DNA of 47,147 nucleotides, taken from NCBI GenBank assembly GCA_020696915.1, contig JAJFMR010000001.1, positions 1 through 47,147 on the forward strand, given 5' to 3'. The stretch comes from Rhizobiaceae bacterium (GTDB lineage Bacteria; Pseudomonadota; Alphaproteobacteria; Rhizobiales; Rhizobiaceae). Below are positions 1 through 11,588 of the stretch, piece by piece. The position numbers were made by a program, and so were the translations under genes. The notes below the pieces were generated by a model that was not told where the DNA came from, made no database searches, and saw only the letters and a program-made list of their open reading frames with translations. The first letter of the stretch is position 1, and each line of letters begins with the position of its first letter.

Positions 1-500
1 GGCGGGGCGCCGTGCCGCTTGCCGACACGGTTGCCGGTTTCGAGACCCTGAAGCAGGCCGGCAAGATCCGGCATTGGGGGGTGAGCAATTTCGACACCGG
101 CGACATGGATGAGCTCGCCGCGGTTTCCGGCGGCGCGAACGTCCAGGCCAACCAGGTCATCTATAGTCTGTCGAGCCGGGTCATCGAGTTCGATCTCCTG
201 CCGCGGGGGGAGGCGGCAGGACTTCCGATCATGGCGTATTCGCCGCTCGGCCAGGGCGATCTGGCCGACGACGCTACGCTCGCAACAATCGCGAGGCGTC
301 ACGATGCGACCGCGGCCGGCGTCGCACTCGCCTTCGTGCTTCGCCGCCCCGGTGTCGTGGCGATTCCCAAGGCGGTCCGGCCGGATCATGTCCGCGACAA
401 TCGTGCCGCACTGGACATTCGACTGACGCCCGAGGATCTGGCCGATCTCGACGCGGCTTTTCCGCCGCCGCGCCGCAAGCGCCGTCTCGATATCATCTGA
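1..500 (+). CDS. aldo/keto reductase, C-terminal portion (5' end lies outside the window)
   Basis: The frame is open to the window edge, with stop TGA at 498-500. AKR C-terminal motifs are present in the translation: [34 protein letters not shown]. Confidence 0.85.
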   Translation, partial: RGAVPLADTVAGFETLKQAGKIRHWGVSNFDTGDMDELAAVSGGANVQANQVIYSLSSRVIEFDLLPRGEAAGLPIMAYSPLGQGDLADDATLATIARRHDATAAGVALAFVLRRPGVVAIPKAVRPDHVRDNRAALDIRLTPEDLADLDAAFPPPRRKRRLDII

Positions 501-687
501 TCCGCTGCGTCTTCCCGGCTGCGAAACTTTCCATTCGGGGAAACGCCCGCTATAGAGCACTCTGCAACAAGGCCTCGCTGCTTTGCATCCGGAATTGCGG
601 AAAAACAGGCAGACTGAGCACCGGGGCAGCGCCGTCCTTCGATAGCGCGCGCTCCGTCATCCGGATCGTATTCGTGAGGAGGGCAAC

Positions 688-1674
688 ATGTTCCGCTGGG
701 GCGTTCTTTCGACCGCAAAGATCGCGCGCGAGCAGCTTCTGCCGGCCATCGTCGAATCCGAAAACGGCGTGTTGTCGGCGATCGCCAGCCGCGACGAGGC
801 GCGTGCCCGCGCGCTGGCTGACCGCTTCGGCGCGCCGCATGCCTTCGGCTCCTACGAGGCGCTGCTCGATTCCGACACGGTCGACGGGGTCTACATTCCG
901 CTGCCGACCTCGCAGCACGTCGAATGGACGGCAAGGGCAGCCGAAGCCGGCAAGCACGTGCTGGTCGAAAAGCCGCTGGCGCTCCAGGCCGACGACATCG
1001 CGCCGCTCATGGAGATTCGGGACCGCCGCAAGGTGCTGATCTGCGAAGCGTTCATGGTGGTGTACCACCCGCAATGGATCAAGGTACGCGACCTCGTCGC
1101 GTCCGGAGCGATCGGCAGGCTGCGCCACGTGCAGGGCGCCTTCACCTATTACAACGTCGATCCGGGCAACATGCGCAACATTTTGGCGCTCGGCGGCGGC
1201 GCGCTTCCCGACATCGGCGTCTATCCGACGGTTTCGACGCGTTTCGTGACCGGTCGGGAGCCTGCCCGTGTCCAGGCGACGGTCGAGCGCGACAGCACCT
1301 TCGGCACCGATGTCTATTCGTCCATCCGCGCCGATTTCGGCGACTTCGAGCTTTCCTTTTATCTGTCCACGCAGATGGCCAACCGGCAATTGATGGTGTT
1401 CCACGGCGACGAGGGCTTCATCGAAGTGCGCTCGCCCTTCAACGCCGGGCTCTACGAGCATCACCGGATCGAGTTGCACAACCGGAGCCATACGGAAGCG
1501 TCGGTGTTCCGTTTCCCCGGCACCCAGCAGTACAGGCTGGAGGTCGAAGCCTTTGCGCGGGCGGCTGCAGGCAGCGGCGAGCGGGTCTTCACGCTCGAGG
1601 AATCGGTGCTCAACCAGAAGGTCATCGACGCCATCTTCCGCGCCGGCGGCAGGGATGGCTGGGAAACCGTCTGA
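688..1674 (+). CDS. Gfo/Idh/MocA family NAD(P)-dependent oxidoreductase
   Basis: 328-aa ORF. ATG 688 has GAGGAGGG just upstream. It shows an N-terminal Rossmann segment ([20 protein letters not shown]) and the family EKP motif (HVLVEKPLA). Confidence 0.85.
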   Translation: MFRWGVLSTAKIAREQLLPAIVESENGVLSAIASRDEARARALADRFGAPHAFGSYEALLDSDTVDGVYIPLPTSQHVEWTARAAEAGKHVLVEKPLALQADDIAPLMEIRDRRKVLICEAFMVVYHPQWIKVRDLVASGAIGRLRHVQGAFTYYNVDPGNMRNILALGGGALPDIGVYPTVSTRFVTGREPARVQATVERDSTFGTDVYSSIRADFGDFELSFYLSTQMANRQLMVFHGDEGFIEVRSPFNAGLYEHHRIELHNRSHTEASVFRFPGTQQYRLEVEAFARAAAGSGERVFTLEESVLNQKVIDAIFRAGGRDGWETV

Positions 1675-1720
1675 GCGGCGTCGAAGACTGAGCGGCGTCG
1701 AAGACTGAAGACTGAGCGAC
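1671..1720. repeat. short tandem repeat: 17-nt unit CTGAGCGGCGTCGAAGA x2, followed by truncated or diverged copies (CTGAAGA, CTGAGCGACG)
   Basis: Read directly: 1671-1687 and 1688-1704 are identical. The first unit contains the TGA stop (1672-1674) of the upstream oxidoreductase gene. Confidence 0.9.
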
Positions 1721-1799
1721 GCGGCAGTCCGGCGGCGCCCGCTCGCCGCCAGGTGGTGATGCCGGCCGCGCAAGTCCATCGATCCCGTTGCTTACAAAG

Positions 1800-1829
1800 C
1801 TTGCGCGCCGAAATGCCCGTTCTTATATA
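1800..1829 (+). promoter_or_regulatory. putative RpoH (sigma-32)-type heat-shock promoter of dnaK
   Basis: CTTG (1800-1803), an 18-nt spacer, then CTTATATA (1822-1829). This matches the alphaproteobacterial RpoH consensus CTTG-N17/18-CYTATNT. It lies about 120 nt upstream of the dnaK ATG. Confidence 0.5.
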
Positions 1830-1951
1830 CGCCGCAATCCCGAGCGTGCCGCGCCAGACCGCGGTTGCGAGCGGCATTTGCTGGAAAATCAGGGGCTTTC
1901 GTCGGAACGCCTGAACGGGTCCTGAGAGCCTGCTAAGCGGAGAATGGAAAC

Positions 1952-3868
<1,917 letters not shown>

Positions 3869-3888
3869 TCGACTGTCACGCGCGTGAA

Positions 3889-3918
3889 GAAAAGCCCGGC
3901 GGAAAGGCCGGGCTTTTT
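3889..3918 (+). terminator. Rho-independent terminator/attenuator between dnaK and dnaJ
   Basis: Stem AAGCCCGGC (3891-3899) pairs with GCCGGGCTT (3906-3914) around loop GGAAAG. It runs into TTTTTT (3913-3918). Confidence 0.8.
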
Positions 3919-4053
3919 TGCAGCAGCAGCGAAAAAAATGCTGAAGCCGCTGTGCCGATACTGGCATCGGACCCGAGCCAACATTAAATCGAAAGCCATT
4001 CTGGGATTTGCGGCAATGCATCGAGTCATCGAAAGTCCGAGCGGCGGGGCAAG

Positions 4054-5184
4054 ATGAAGACGGATTTCTACGAGACGCTGGGCCTCAGCAAGGGCGCCGA
4101 CGAGAAGGAACTGAAGTCGGCTTTCCGCAAGCTCGCGATGCAGTTCCACCCCGATCGCAACCCCGGCGACAACGCCTGCGAGCACAAGTTCAAGGAAATC
4201 AACGAGGCCTATGAAACACTGAAGGACCCCCAGAAGCGTGCCGCCTATGATCGTTTCGGCCACGCCGCCTTCGAGAACGGCGGCATGGGCAATGGCGCGG
4301 CCGGCTTTGCGGCTGGCGGCTTCTCCGACATCTTCGAAGACATTTTCGGGGAGATGATGGGCGGCCGTCAGCGCCGCTCATCGGGCGGCCGCGAGCGCGG
4401 CGCCGATCTCCGCTACAACATGGAAATCAATCTCGAGGAAGCGTATTCCGGCAAGACCGCGCAGATCAGGGTGCCGGCGTCCGTTGCCTGCGACGACTGC
4501 TCCGGATCGGGAGCGCAGCCGGGCAGCCAGCCGGTCACCTGCACGATGTGCGGCGGCCACGGCAAGGTTCGGGCGGCGCAAGGCTTCTTTTCCATCGAGC
4601 GCACCTGTCCGCAGTGCCACGGGCGCGGCCAGACCATCAAGGATCCCTGCCAGAAATGTTCCGGCCAGGGCCGCGTCGTCGAGGAGAAGTCGCTGTCGGT
4701 CAACATCCCGGCCGGCATCGAGGACGGCACGCGCATCCGGCTCGCCAATGAGGGCGAGGCTGGCCTGCGCGGAGGTCCGTCGGGCGACCTCTACATTTTC
4801 CTGTCGGTGAAGCCGCACGAATTCTTCCAGCGCGACGGTGCCGACCTCTATTGCAAGGTGCCGATCTCGATGACGACGGCATCGCTCGGCGGCGCCTTCG
4901 AGGTCACCACTCTCGATGGCACGCAGACCCGCGTCAAGGTTCCGGAAGGCACTCAGAACGGCAGGCAGTTCCGCCTGAAAGGCAAGGGCATGCCGGTGCT
5001 GCGCCAGCCCCAGATAGGCGACCTCTACATCCAGACCGCGGTCGAGACACCGCAAAACTTGACGCGCCGGCAGCGCGAACTGCTGGAGGAGTTCGAGAAA
5101 CTCTCCTCGAAGGACAATTCGCCGCAGTCGAGCGGCTTCTTCGCCCGGATGAAGGACTTCTTCGAATCGTTCAGCGAAAGCTGA
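4054..5184 (+). CDS. dnaJ: molecular chaperone DnaJ (Hsp40)
   Basis: 376 aa. J-domain with HPD (FHPDRNPGD), a Gly/Phe-rich linker and four CxxCxGxG zinc-finger repeats ([32 protein letters not shown]). Confidence 0.98.
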   Translation: MKTDFYETLGLSKGADEKELKSAFRKLAMQFHPDRNPGDNACEHKFKEINEAYETLKDPQKRAAYDRFGHAAFENGGMGNGAAGFAAGGFSDIFEDIFGEMMGGRQRRSSGGRERGADLRYNMEINLEEAYSGKTAQIRVPASVACDDCSGSGAQPGSQPVTCTMCGGHGKVRAAQGFFSIERTCPQCHGRGQTIKDPCQKCSGQGRVVEEKSLSVNIPAGIEDGTRIRLANEGEAGLRGGPSGDLYIFLSVKPHEFFQRDGADLYCKVPISMTTASLGGAFEVTTLDGTQTRVKVPEGTQNGRQFRLKGKGMPVLRQPQIGDLYIQTAVETPQNLTRRQRELLEEFEKLSSKDNSPQSSGFFARMKDFFESFSES

Positions 5185-5262
5185 AATTGCCACGGCAGCC
5201 TAGGTGCCTTGCCTTGGCCCCTTTTGCCGGTATCAATGAGCCGGGGCAGACAGGAACGTGCG

Positions 5263-5871
5263 ATGGCTGGCGTGTCCGGATTCCGCAAGACTCTGGCCAG
5301 GAAATTCGATGACGAGATCCGCTTCTTCAAGGGGTGGATGACCAGGCCGAAGGCAGTCGGCTCGATAGTCCCGACGAGTTCGGTCACCGCCCGCCGCATG
5401 GCATCTGTCGTCGATCCCGGGTCGGGGCTGCCGGTGCTTGAGGTCGGCCCGGGGACCGGGGTGATCACGCGCGCCATACTCGAACGCGGGATAAGACCGG
5501 ACAATCTGGTCGCCGTCGAACATTCCGCAGAGTTCGCGCGCCATCTGAGGCAGGCGTTTCCAGGCGTCAACGTCATCGAGGGAGACGCCTTCGATCTCGA
5601 GCGGACGCTCGGCGCGCTGGCCAGGCAGCGCTTCGACTGCGTGGTTTCCGGCGTTCCGCTCCTCAACTTTCCGGTGGCCCGCCGCGTCGCCTATATCGAT
5701 AGCCTGCTCGATCGCATTCCGCACGGCCGGCCCGTGGTGCAGCTGACTTACGGTCCGAGATCTCCGGTGCCCCCGGGACATGGCGACTACACGGTGGAGC
5801 ATTTCGACTTCGTTATCCGCAACATTCCCCCCACCCAGCTGTGGATCTACCGGCGGTCGCCCAGGAACTGA
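5263..5871 (+). CDS. pmtA: class I SAM-dependent methyltransferase, PmtA-like phospholipid N-methyltransferase
   Basis: SAM-binding motif VLEVGPGTGVIT. From memory, the overall sequence (EIRFFKGWM..P..VG...PTS...ARRMASVVDP, NIPPTQLWIYRR) resembles rhizobial PmtA. I chose ATG 5263; the ORF is open from 5209, so the start is uncertain. Confidence 0.65.
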   Translation: MAGVSGFRKTLARKFDDEIRFFKGWMTRPKAVGSIVPTSSVTARRMASVVDPGSGLPVLEVGPGTGVITRAILERGIRPDNLVAVEHSAEFARHLRQAFPGVNVIEGDAFDLERTLGALARQRFDCVVSGVPLLNFPVARRVAYIDSLLDRIPHGRPVVQLTYGPRSPVPPGHGDYTVEHFDFVIRNIPPTQLWIYRRSPRN

Positions 5872-5964
5872 GCCCCGTTCGGACGCACCGAGGACGCACC
5901 GGCGCATGCATTGATCCGGTAGGCCCTTTGCCTGTAGAGGGGTTGCCTGGAACAGGGGAGATTC

Positions 5965-6552
5965 GTGCCCGTCCCGAGGATTCTGGTCTTCGCCGGCTCG
6001 ATCCGCAGCGGCGCCTTCAGCGCGCGCACGGCCGACGCGGCGATGAAGGAACTGGCGATGCAGGGTGCCGACGTCACCCGCATCTCGCTGGTCGACTATC
6101 CGCTGCCGATCATGGACCAGGATCTCGAAAAGGAGAAAGGCGTGCCCGAGAACGCGGTGCGGCTCGCCCGCCTGATTTCCGGGCATGACGGGCTCCTGAT
6201 CGCCAGCCCGGAATACAACGCCTCGATCCCGCCGCTTCTCAAGAATGCGATCGATTGGGTAAGCCGGGTCAGGAGGGTCGAGGGGTTTCATCCCCTCGCC
6301 GGCAAGGCCGCGGCACTTTGCTCGTCCTCGGACGGCAACTTTGCCGGCATGCGCGGGCTCTACCACCTGCGCGCGGTGCTGATGGCCTGCCAGATGGAGG
6401 TGATCACACCGCAATGCTCGGTTGCCCGCGCGGCGGACGCTTTCGACGAGGACGGCGGGCTTCGCGAGGAGCGGCTTCGCCGTCAGATGGAGAAGGTATG
6501 CAGAACCCTGATCGAGCGCGCCATGATGTTCTCGACCCGGATAGAGCCGTGA
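5965..6552 (+). CDS. NADPH-dependent FMN reductase family protein
   Basis: 195 aa. GTG start is preceded by GGGGAG. Flavodoxin-like motifs: [39 protein letters not shown]. Confidence 0.85.
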   Translation: MPVPRILVFAGSIRSGAFSARTADAAMKELAMQGADVTRISLVDYPLPIMDQDLEKEKGVPENAVRLARLISGHDGLLIASPEYNASIPPLLKNAIDWVSRVRRVEGFHPLAGKAAALCSSSDGNFAGMRGLYHLRAVLMACQMEVITPQCSVARAADAFDEDGGLREERLRRQMEKVCRTLIERAMMFSTRIEP

Positions 6553-6557
6553 CGGCC

Positions 6558-7244
6558 ATGCGGGACCGGCTTGTCGTCGGGCTGGACGTGCCGACGCTTC
6601 GCGAGGCCGAGGCGGTGGTCAAGGACCTGGACGGCATCGTTTCCTTCTACAAGATCGGCTACCAGCTGGCTTTCGCAGGCGGCCTCGATTTCGCCCGCGA
6701 ACTTGCCGGAGGGGGCAAGAAGGTCTTCCTCGACATGAAGCTCCTCGACATTGACAACACCGTCGCCGCCGGCGTCGCGAACGTCGCGCGAATGGGCGTG
6801 GCAATGCTCACCATCCATGCCTATCCGAAGGCCATGCGGGCGGCGGTCGCGGCAGCCGCCGGATCGGACCTCTGCCTGCTCGGCGTCACGGTGCTGACTT
6901 CGATGGACGCAACGGATATGGCCGACGCCGGCTATCATCAGGATCCCGCGGCGCTGGCGTTACGGCGGGCCGGCCAGGCGCGCGCCTCAGGCATGGGGGG
7001 CGTGGTGTGCTCGGCCGCCGAGGCCGCTTCCGTGCGCCGGGCCGTCGGAGCGGATCTTTTGGTCGTCACACCCGGGATTCGGCCGGCCGGGGCCGTCCCG
7101 GACGACCAGAAGCGCGTGGTGTCGCCGGGCGACGCCATCCGCAGCGGAGCCAGCCACCTCGTGGTGTCGCGTCCTATCATCGCGTCGCCTGACAGGCGCG
7201 CCGCGGCGGAGGCCATCCTGGCCGAGATGGCCGCTGCTGCCTGA
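6558..7244 (+). CDS. pyrF: orotidine-5'-phosphate decarboxylase
   Basis: Motifs: [30 protein letters not shown] (the DxKxxD active site), [11 protein letters not shown] is at 6558; an in-frame GTG at 6549 that overlaps the upstream stop is also possible. The longer ORF from 6255 is an artefact. Confidence 0.95.
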   Translation: MRDRLVVGLDVPTLREAEAVVKDLDGIVSFYKIGYQLAFAGGLDFARELAGGGKKVFLDMKLLDIDNTVAAGVANVARMGVAMLTIHAYPKAMRAAVAAAAGSDLCLLGVTVLTSMDATDMADAGYHQDPAALALRRAGQARASGMGGVVCSAAEAASVRRAVGADLLVVTPGIRPAGAVPDDQKRVVSPGDAIRSGASHLVVSRPIIASPDRRAAAEAILAEMAAAA

Positions 7245-7271
7245 AAAGCCTGTTCGACGAGGAGCGGAAAA

Positions 7272-7565
7272 ATGGCCAAAGGATACTGGATAGCCCATGT
7301 CGATGTGCGCGATCCTGAAAGCTACAAGAATTATGTTGCGGCAGCGAAGCCGGCCTTCGACAGGTTCGGGGCGAGATTCCTGGCCCGCGGCGGTGCCTTC
7401 GAGGCGCCCGAAGGCAGGGGCCGAGCCCGCAACGTGATCATCGAATTCCCCTCGCTCGAGGATGCCCAAGCCTGCTACCATTCCGCGGAATACCAAGCTG
7501 CGCGCGCCATCCGCGAGAAGGTCGCCGATGCGGAACTGGTGCTGGTGGAAGGCGTCGACATGTGA
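7272..7565 (+). CDS. DUF1330 domain-containing protein
   Basis: 97 aa. GAGGAG SD upstream. The sequence MAKGYWIAHVDVRDPESYKNY...ARGG...EG......VIIEFPS.E.A...Y.S.EYQ is typical of DUF1330. Confidence 0.85.
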   Translation: MAKGYWIAHVDVRDPESYKNYVAAAKPAFDRFGARFLARGGAFEAPEGRGRARNVIIEFPSLEDAQACYHSAEYQAARAIREKVADAELVLVEGVDM

Positions 7566-7709
7566 CCTTTCAGGCCCCGGCGAGAAGCCGTCGTCAGGCT
7601 GGCCGGCAAAAAATCACGAAAGCTGATCTATTGCGTTGCAACAGAAGTCGTCTAACTTCATTGTCTTGGGAGGGGACAGATTCGGCGGGCCGCCGGAGAT
7701 TGCGGGGTT

Positions 7710-8990
7710 TTGTTGTTTTACGAGATTTATGAACTCAATCATGCCGCCATCCAGCCGCTCCGAGCCTATTCGGACACGATAAGGCTGCTCTATTCCAATC
7801 CGCTGAATCCTTTCTCGCATACGCCATGGGGCCGCTCGGTGGCTGCTGCGGCCGAACTCTTCGAGCGCACGACGCGGCGTTACGGCAAGCCGCGTTTCGA
7901 TCTGACGTCGACGGTCGTCGACTGGAAGAGCGTGGCGGTGACGGAAGAGATCGTGTGGTCACGCCCGTTCTGCAATCTCATCCACTTCCGCCGCGAACTT
8001 CCGGCTTCCCGACGGCGGGATCGAAAGCTGTTGATAGTCGCGCCGATGTCGGGGCACTATGCGACGCTCCTGCGCGGCACGGTCGAAGCCATGCTGCCGC
8101 ATGCCGACGTCTACGTGACGGATTGGACAGATGCGCGGATGGTGCCGCTCGTCGACGGCAGCTTCGACCTCGACGACTATGTCGACTATGTGATCGCCAT
8201 GCTGCACCATCTCGGCCGCGACACCAACATAATGGCCGTCTGCCAGCCCTCCGTTCCGGTGCTCGCGGCGGTGTCCCTGATGGAAGCCGAGGGCGATCCC
8301 TTCGCGCCGGCCACCATGGTCCTGATGGGCGGTCCGATCGACACGAGGCGAAACCCGACGGCCGTCAACCTGCTGGCCGAGGAGAAGGGGACCGCGTGGT
8401 TCCGGGACAATGTGATCATGCAGGTTCCGTGGCCGTTGCCTGGCTTTGCACGGCCGGTCTATCCGGGATTCCTGCAGCTGTCGGGCTTCATGGGCATGAA
8501 CCTCGACCGCCATATAGACGCACACAAGGAGTTCTTCATGCATCTCGTGAAGAACGACGGCGACGGCGCCGAGAAGCACCGCGAGTTCTATGACGAATAT
8601 CTTGCCGTCATGGACCTGACCGCGGAATTCTACCTGCAGACGGTGGATACTGTGTTTGTCCGCCACCTGCTGCCCAAGGGAGAGATGACGCATCGCGGCA
8701 GGCCCGTCGATTCAAAGGCAATCCGGACGGTGGCTTTGCTCACCGTCGAAGGCGAGAACGACGACATTTCGGGCCTTGGCCAGACGGAGGCCGCCCACCG
8801 GCTCTGCGTCAACATTCCCGACGACCAGCGCGCCCATTACGTGCAGCCTGCCGTCGGTCACTATGGCGTCTTCAACGGCTCACGGTTCCGCGCCGAGATC
8901 GCCCCGCGGATCGTCGACTTCATCACCAGCTACGGCCGTGCGAACCAGGCTCGCCCCAAACCTCGCCTGGTTCGCGCCGAGGTCGGATAG
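7710..8990 (+). CDS. phaZ: intracellular polyhydroxyalkanoate (PHB) depolymerase
   Basis: 426 aa. It has the conserved PhaZ N-terminus LFYEIYELNHAAIQPLR and overall family resemblance. The only in-frame starts ahead of the conserved N-terminus are TTG 7710 and 7713, with GGAG at 7695-7698. Confidence 0.85.
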   Translation: MLFYEIYELNHAAIQPLRAYSDTIRLLYSNPLNPFSHTPWGRSVAAAAELFERTTRRYGKPRFDLTSTVVDWKSVAVTEEIVWSRPFCNLIHFRRELPASRRRDRKLLIVAPMSGHYATLLRGTVEAMLPHADVYVTDWTDARMVPLVDGSFDLDDYVDYVIAMLHHLGRDTNIMAVCQPSVPVLAAVSLMEAEGDPFAPATMVLMGGPIDTRRNPTAVNLLAEEKGTAWFRDNVIMQVPWPLPGFARPVYPGFLQLSGFMGMNLDRHIDAHKEFFMHLVKNDGDGAEKHREFYDEYLAVMDLTAEFYLQTVDTVFVRHLLPKGEMTHRGRPVDSKAIRTVALLTVEGENDDISGLGQTEAAHRLCVNIPDDQRAHYVQPAVGHYGVFNGSRFRAEIAPRIVDFITSYGRANQARPKPRLVRAEVG

Positions 8991-9209
8991 CCGGCTACAC
9001 CGCAGCACTGTCCGGTGGCAAACCGCCGCAAGTGATTCGCCGCTCCGCGAGGGAAAAGCGGCGGGTTCGGCCGGCTTCACGAGTTTTTAGGTCGCAAAAC
9101 CGGCCTCGATTGCCCAGTCTGTTGCAGAAAGGTCGCGTTTCGGCCAGCGGCAGTAACCATTCCGGATGATCCACCCTGCCATGGAATTGACACATAGCCC
9201 AAATCGACC

Positions 9210-9225
9210 TTAACCTTTCTTTAAC
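9210..9225 (+). promoter_or_regulatory. perfect CtrA-type full binding motif TTAA-N7-TTAAC
   Basis: TTAACCTTTCTTTAAC read directly. It ends 26 nt upstream of the ATG at 9252. TTAA is rare in this GC-rich window. Confidence 0.45.
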
Positions 9226-9251
9226 AAAAGATAACGGGGTGGGTTGGGGCG

Positions 9252-9866
9252 ATGAACTCCTCAAGGCAAACGGGGCGCGTCCGATTGCGCGCGCTGGCTC
9301 TCGGACTGGGGGCGGCACTCTTCTCGTTCGGCGGGGCCGGTGCAGAGCCGATGCTGATCGGCGGACTGACCTCGCAGCCGATCGGGCACTATGATTTCTG
9401 CAAGAGCAACCCGGCCGAGTGTCGGATCCGGACGCGCGACGCCGGGCCGCAGCGGGTGAGCGACGCGGTATGGCATGACATCCTCTCCGTCAACGCCAAC
9501 GTAAATTCTTCGATCAGGCCAATGAACGATTTCGACGTTTACGGCACCGACGAGGTCTGGGCCTATCCCGACGGGGTCGGCGACTGCGAGGATTACGTGC
9601 TCGAGAAGCGCCGGCAGTTGATGCGCAGTGGCGTGGCGCTTTCCAATCTGCTGATCACCGTGGTTCGCAAGCCCGACGGGGAGGGTCATGCCGTGCTGAC
9701 TGTCCGCACGACCGACGGCGACTTCATTCTCGACAATCTGACCGACGAAGTCCGCAAGTGGCAAACCACCGGCTACCGGTTCCTGAAGCGTCAGGCGACC
9801 GACCATACCGGCCACTGGGTTTCCATCCGCGAAGGCAACGAGACGTTGGTCAGTTCCGTCCAGTAA
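9252..9866 (+). CDS. bacterial transglutaminase-like cysteine peptidase (BTLCP / LapG-type, peptidase C93), secreted
   Basis: 204 aa with an N-terminal signal peptide (LRALALGLGAALFSFGGAGA). The Cys-His-Asp triad sits in the canonical contexts GVGDCEDYV, GEGHAVL and FILDNL. Confidence 0.85.
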   Translation: MNSSRQTGRVRLRALALGLGAALFSFGGAGAEPMLIGGLTSQPIGHYDFCKSNPAECRIRTRDAGPQRVSDAVWHDILSVNANVNSSIRPMNDFDVYGTDEVWAYPDGVGDCEDYVLEKRRQLMRSGVALSNLLITVVRKPDGEGHAVLTVRTTDGDFILDNLTDEVRKWQTTGYRFLKRQATDHTGHWVSIREGNETLVSSVQ

Positions 9867-9898
9867 CGTCGCCAGACGGGCGCGAGGGCGACGTATCG

Positions 9899-11431
9899 TC
9901 AGGCCGCCTGCGCCAGCCGCTCCCCGGTCATGCGGTAGGAGATCGCTTCAGCCAGATGAATGCGGCCGACCCCGTCTGCTCCGTCGAGGTCGGCGAGCGT
10001 GCGGGCGACCCTGAGCACCCGATGATAGGCTCGCGCCGAGAAACCAAGTTTTTCGCTGGCGTCGCGCAGCAGCGACAGGCCGGCCGCGTCGGGCGCGGCG
10101 ATCTTCTCGATCAGCGCTGCCGAGCAATGGGCGTTGGTCTGGGCCATGTTCGGGCCGAGGCCGGCGAGACGGTGTTGCTGGGCACTGCGCGCCTTCCCGA
10201 CGCGTGCGGCGACCGCAGCGCTGGGCTCGGCACGGCCCGGGCGTATGAGGTCGCCCGCGGAGACCGCCGGTACGGCAATCCTGAGGTCGATGCGGTCAAG
10301 AAGCGGGCCGGAGATCCTTGCCTGATAGTCGGACTGGCAGCGCTGCCCCCGCGCGCACCGGTAGCCCGGTTCTCCCGCCATGCCGCAGCGGCAGGGGTTC
10401 ATCGCAGCGACGAGCTGGATGCGGGCGGGATAGGTCACGCGGTGATTGGCCCTGGCGATCATGCATTCCCCGGTTTCCAGGGGCTGCCGCAGGGCATCGA
10501 GCGTCTGCGGCGAGAACTCGGGAAACTCGTCCAGGAAAAGGACGCCGTTGTGGGCCAGCGAGACCTCGCCCGGTCTGGCTCCGGTGCCTCCCCCCACCAT
10601 GGCCGCCATGGAGGCCGAATGATGTGGCGCCCGGAACGGCCGGCGATCCGTGAGCTTGCCGCCGGCAAGTTGGCCGGCAATCGACGCGATCATCGAGACT
10701 TCCAGCAGCTCCTTGGGCGCCAGCGGCGGCAGGATTGACGGAAGCCGCTGGGCAAGCATCGACTTGCCCGAGCCGGGCGGGCCGATCATCAGCAGATTGT
10801 GGCCGCCGGCCGCCGCCACCTCCAGTGCCCGACGCGCGGTCTCCTGGCCTTTGATGTCGGCAAGGTCGGGCAGGTCGGTGCCGGGTGCGTGCACGCTCGG
10901 CTGAGGCCGCGACAGCACCTGCGTGCCGCGGAAATGGTTGGCCATGGCGATCAGGCTGCGCGGCGCCAGAATGTCGATGTCGGCCCCTGCCCACGCCGCC
11001 TCGGGACCGGAAATGGCCGGGCAGATGAGGCCCTTGCCCTCCGCATTGGCGCCGATCGCCGCCGGCAGTGCGCCGGCCACGCCCGAAATCGTGCCGTCGA
11101 GCGACAGCTCGCCAAGCACTACATAGCCGGCGAGCGCATCTCCCGGGATGGCGCCCAGCGACGCCATCAGTCCGAGCGCGATCGGCAGGTCGTAATGGCT
11201 GCCTTCCTTCGGAAGGTCCGCCGGCGCGAGATTGACCGTTACCTTCTTCGGCGGCATCGACAGGCCAGACGCGTGCAGCGCCGCCTGCACCCGCTCGCGG
11301 CTTTCGGCGACCGCCTTGTCGGGCAGGCCGACGATGTGCATGCCGACCTTCCCCGGACCGACCATCACTTGCACGTCCACCGGTACCGCCTCGATGCCCT
11401 GGAATGCCACCGTGCGCACGCGCGAAACCAT
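9899..11431 (-). CDS. yifB: YifB/ComM family Mg-chelatase-like AAA+ ATPase
   Basis: Walker A motif MIGPPGSGKSM, a ChlI-like core (FLDEFPEF, VAAMNPCRCG) and an N-terminal Lon-like domain. I chose ATG 11431 (MVSRVRTVAF); the ORF is open to 11521. Confidence 0.9.
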   Translation of the reverse strand: MVSRVRTVAFQGIEAVPVDVQVMVGPGKVGMHIVGLPDKAVAESRERVQAALHASGLSMPPKKVTVNLAPADLPKEGSHYDLPIALGLMASLGAIPGDALAGYVVLGELSLDGTISGVAGALPAAIGANAEGKGLICPAISGPEAAWAGADIDILAPRSLIAMANHFRGTQVLSRPQPSVHAPGTDLPDLADIKGQETARRALEVAAAGGHNLLMIGPPGSGKSMLAQRLPSILPPLAPKELLEVSMIASIAGQLAGGKLTDRRPFRAPHHSASMAAMVGGGTGARPGEVSLAHNGVLFLDEFPEFSPQTLDALRQPLETGECMIARANHRVTYPARIQLVAAMNPCRCGMAGEPGYRCARGQRCQSDYQARISGPLLDRIDLRIAVPAVSAGDLIRPGRAEPSAAVAARVGKARSAQQHRLAGLGPNMAQTNAHCSAALIEKIAAPDAAGLSLLRDASEKLGFSARAYHRVLRVARTLADLDGADGVGRIHLAEAISYRMTGERLAQAA

Positions 11432-11588
11432 GTTGCCCCGTCCTGTCGACCGCGTGCCGCGAAGTTCTTTCACGCGGACGATTGCGAGAAGAGCACAGAT
11501 CGGCAGCCGCGGCAAGAACAATACAGGAACATTGCGGCGGCCAAGCAGCTTCTGCGACCGCGCTGCCTCTCAGGCTCCGTGTGGCTGC

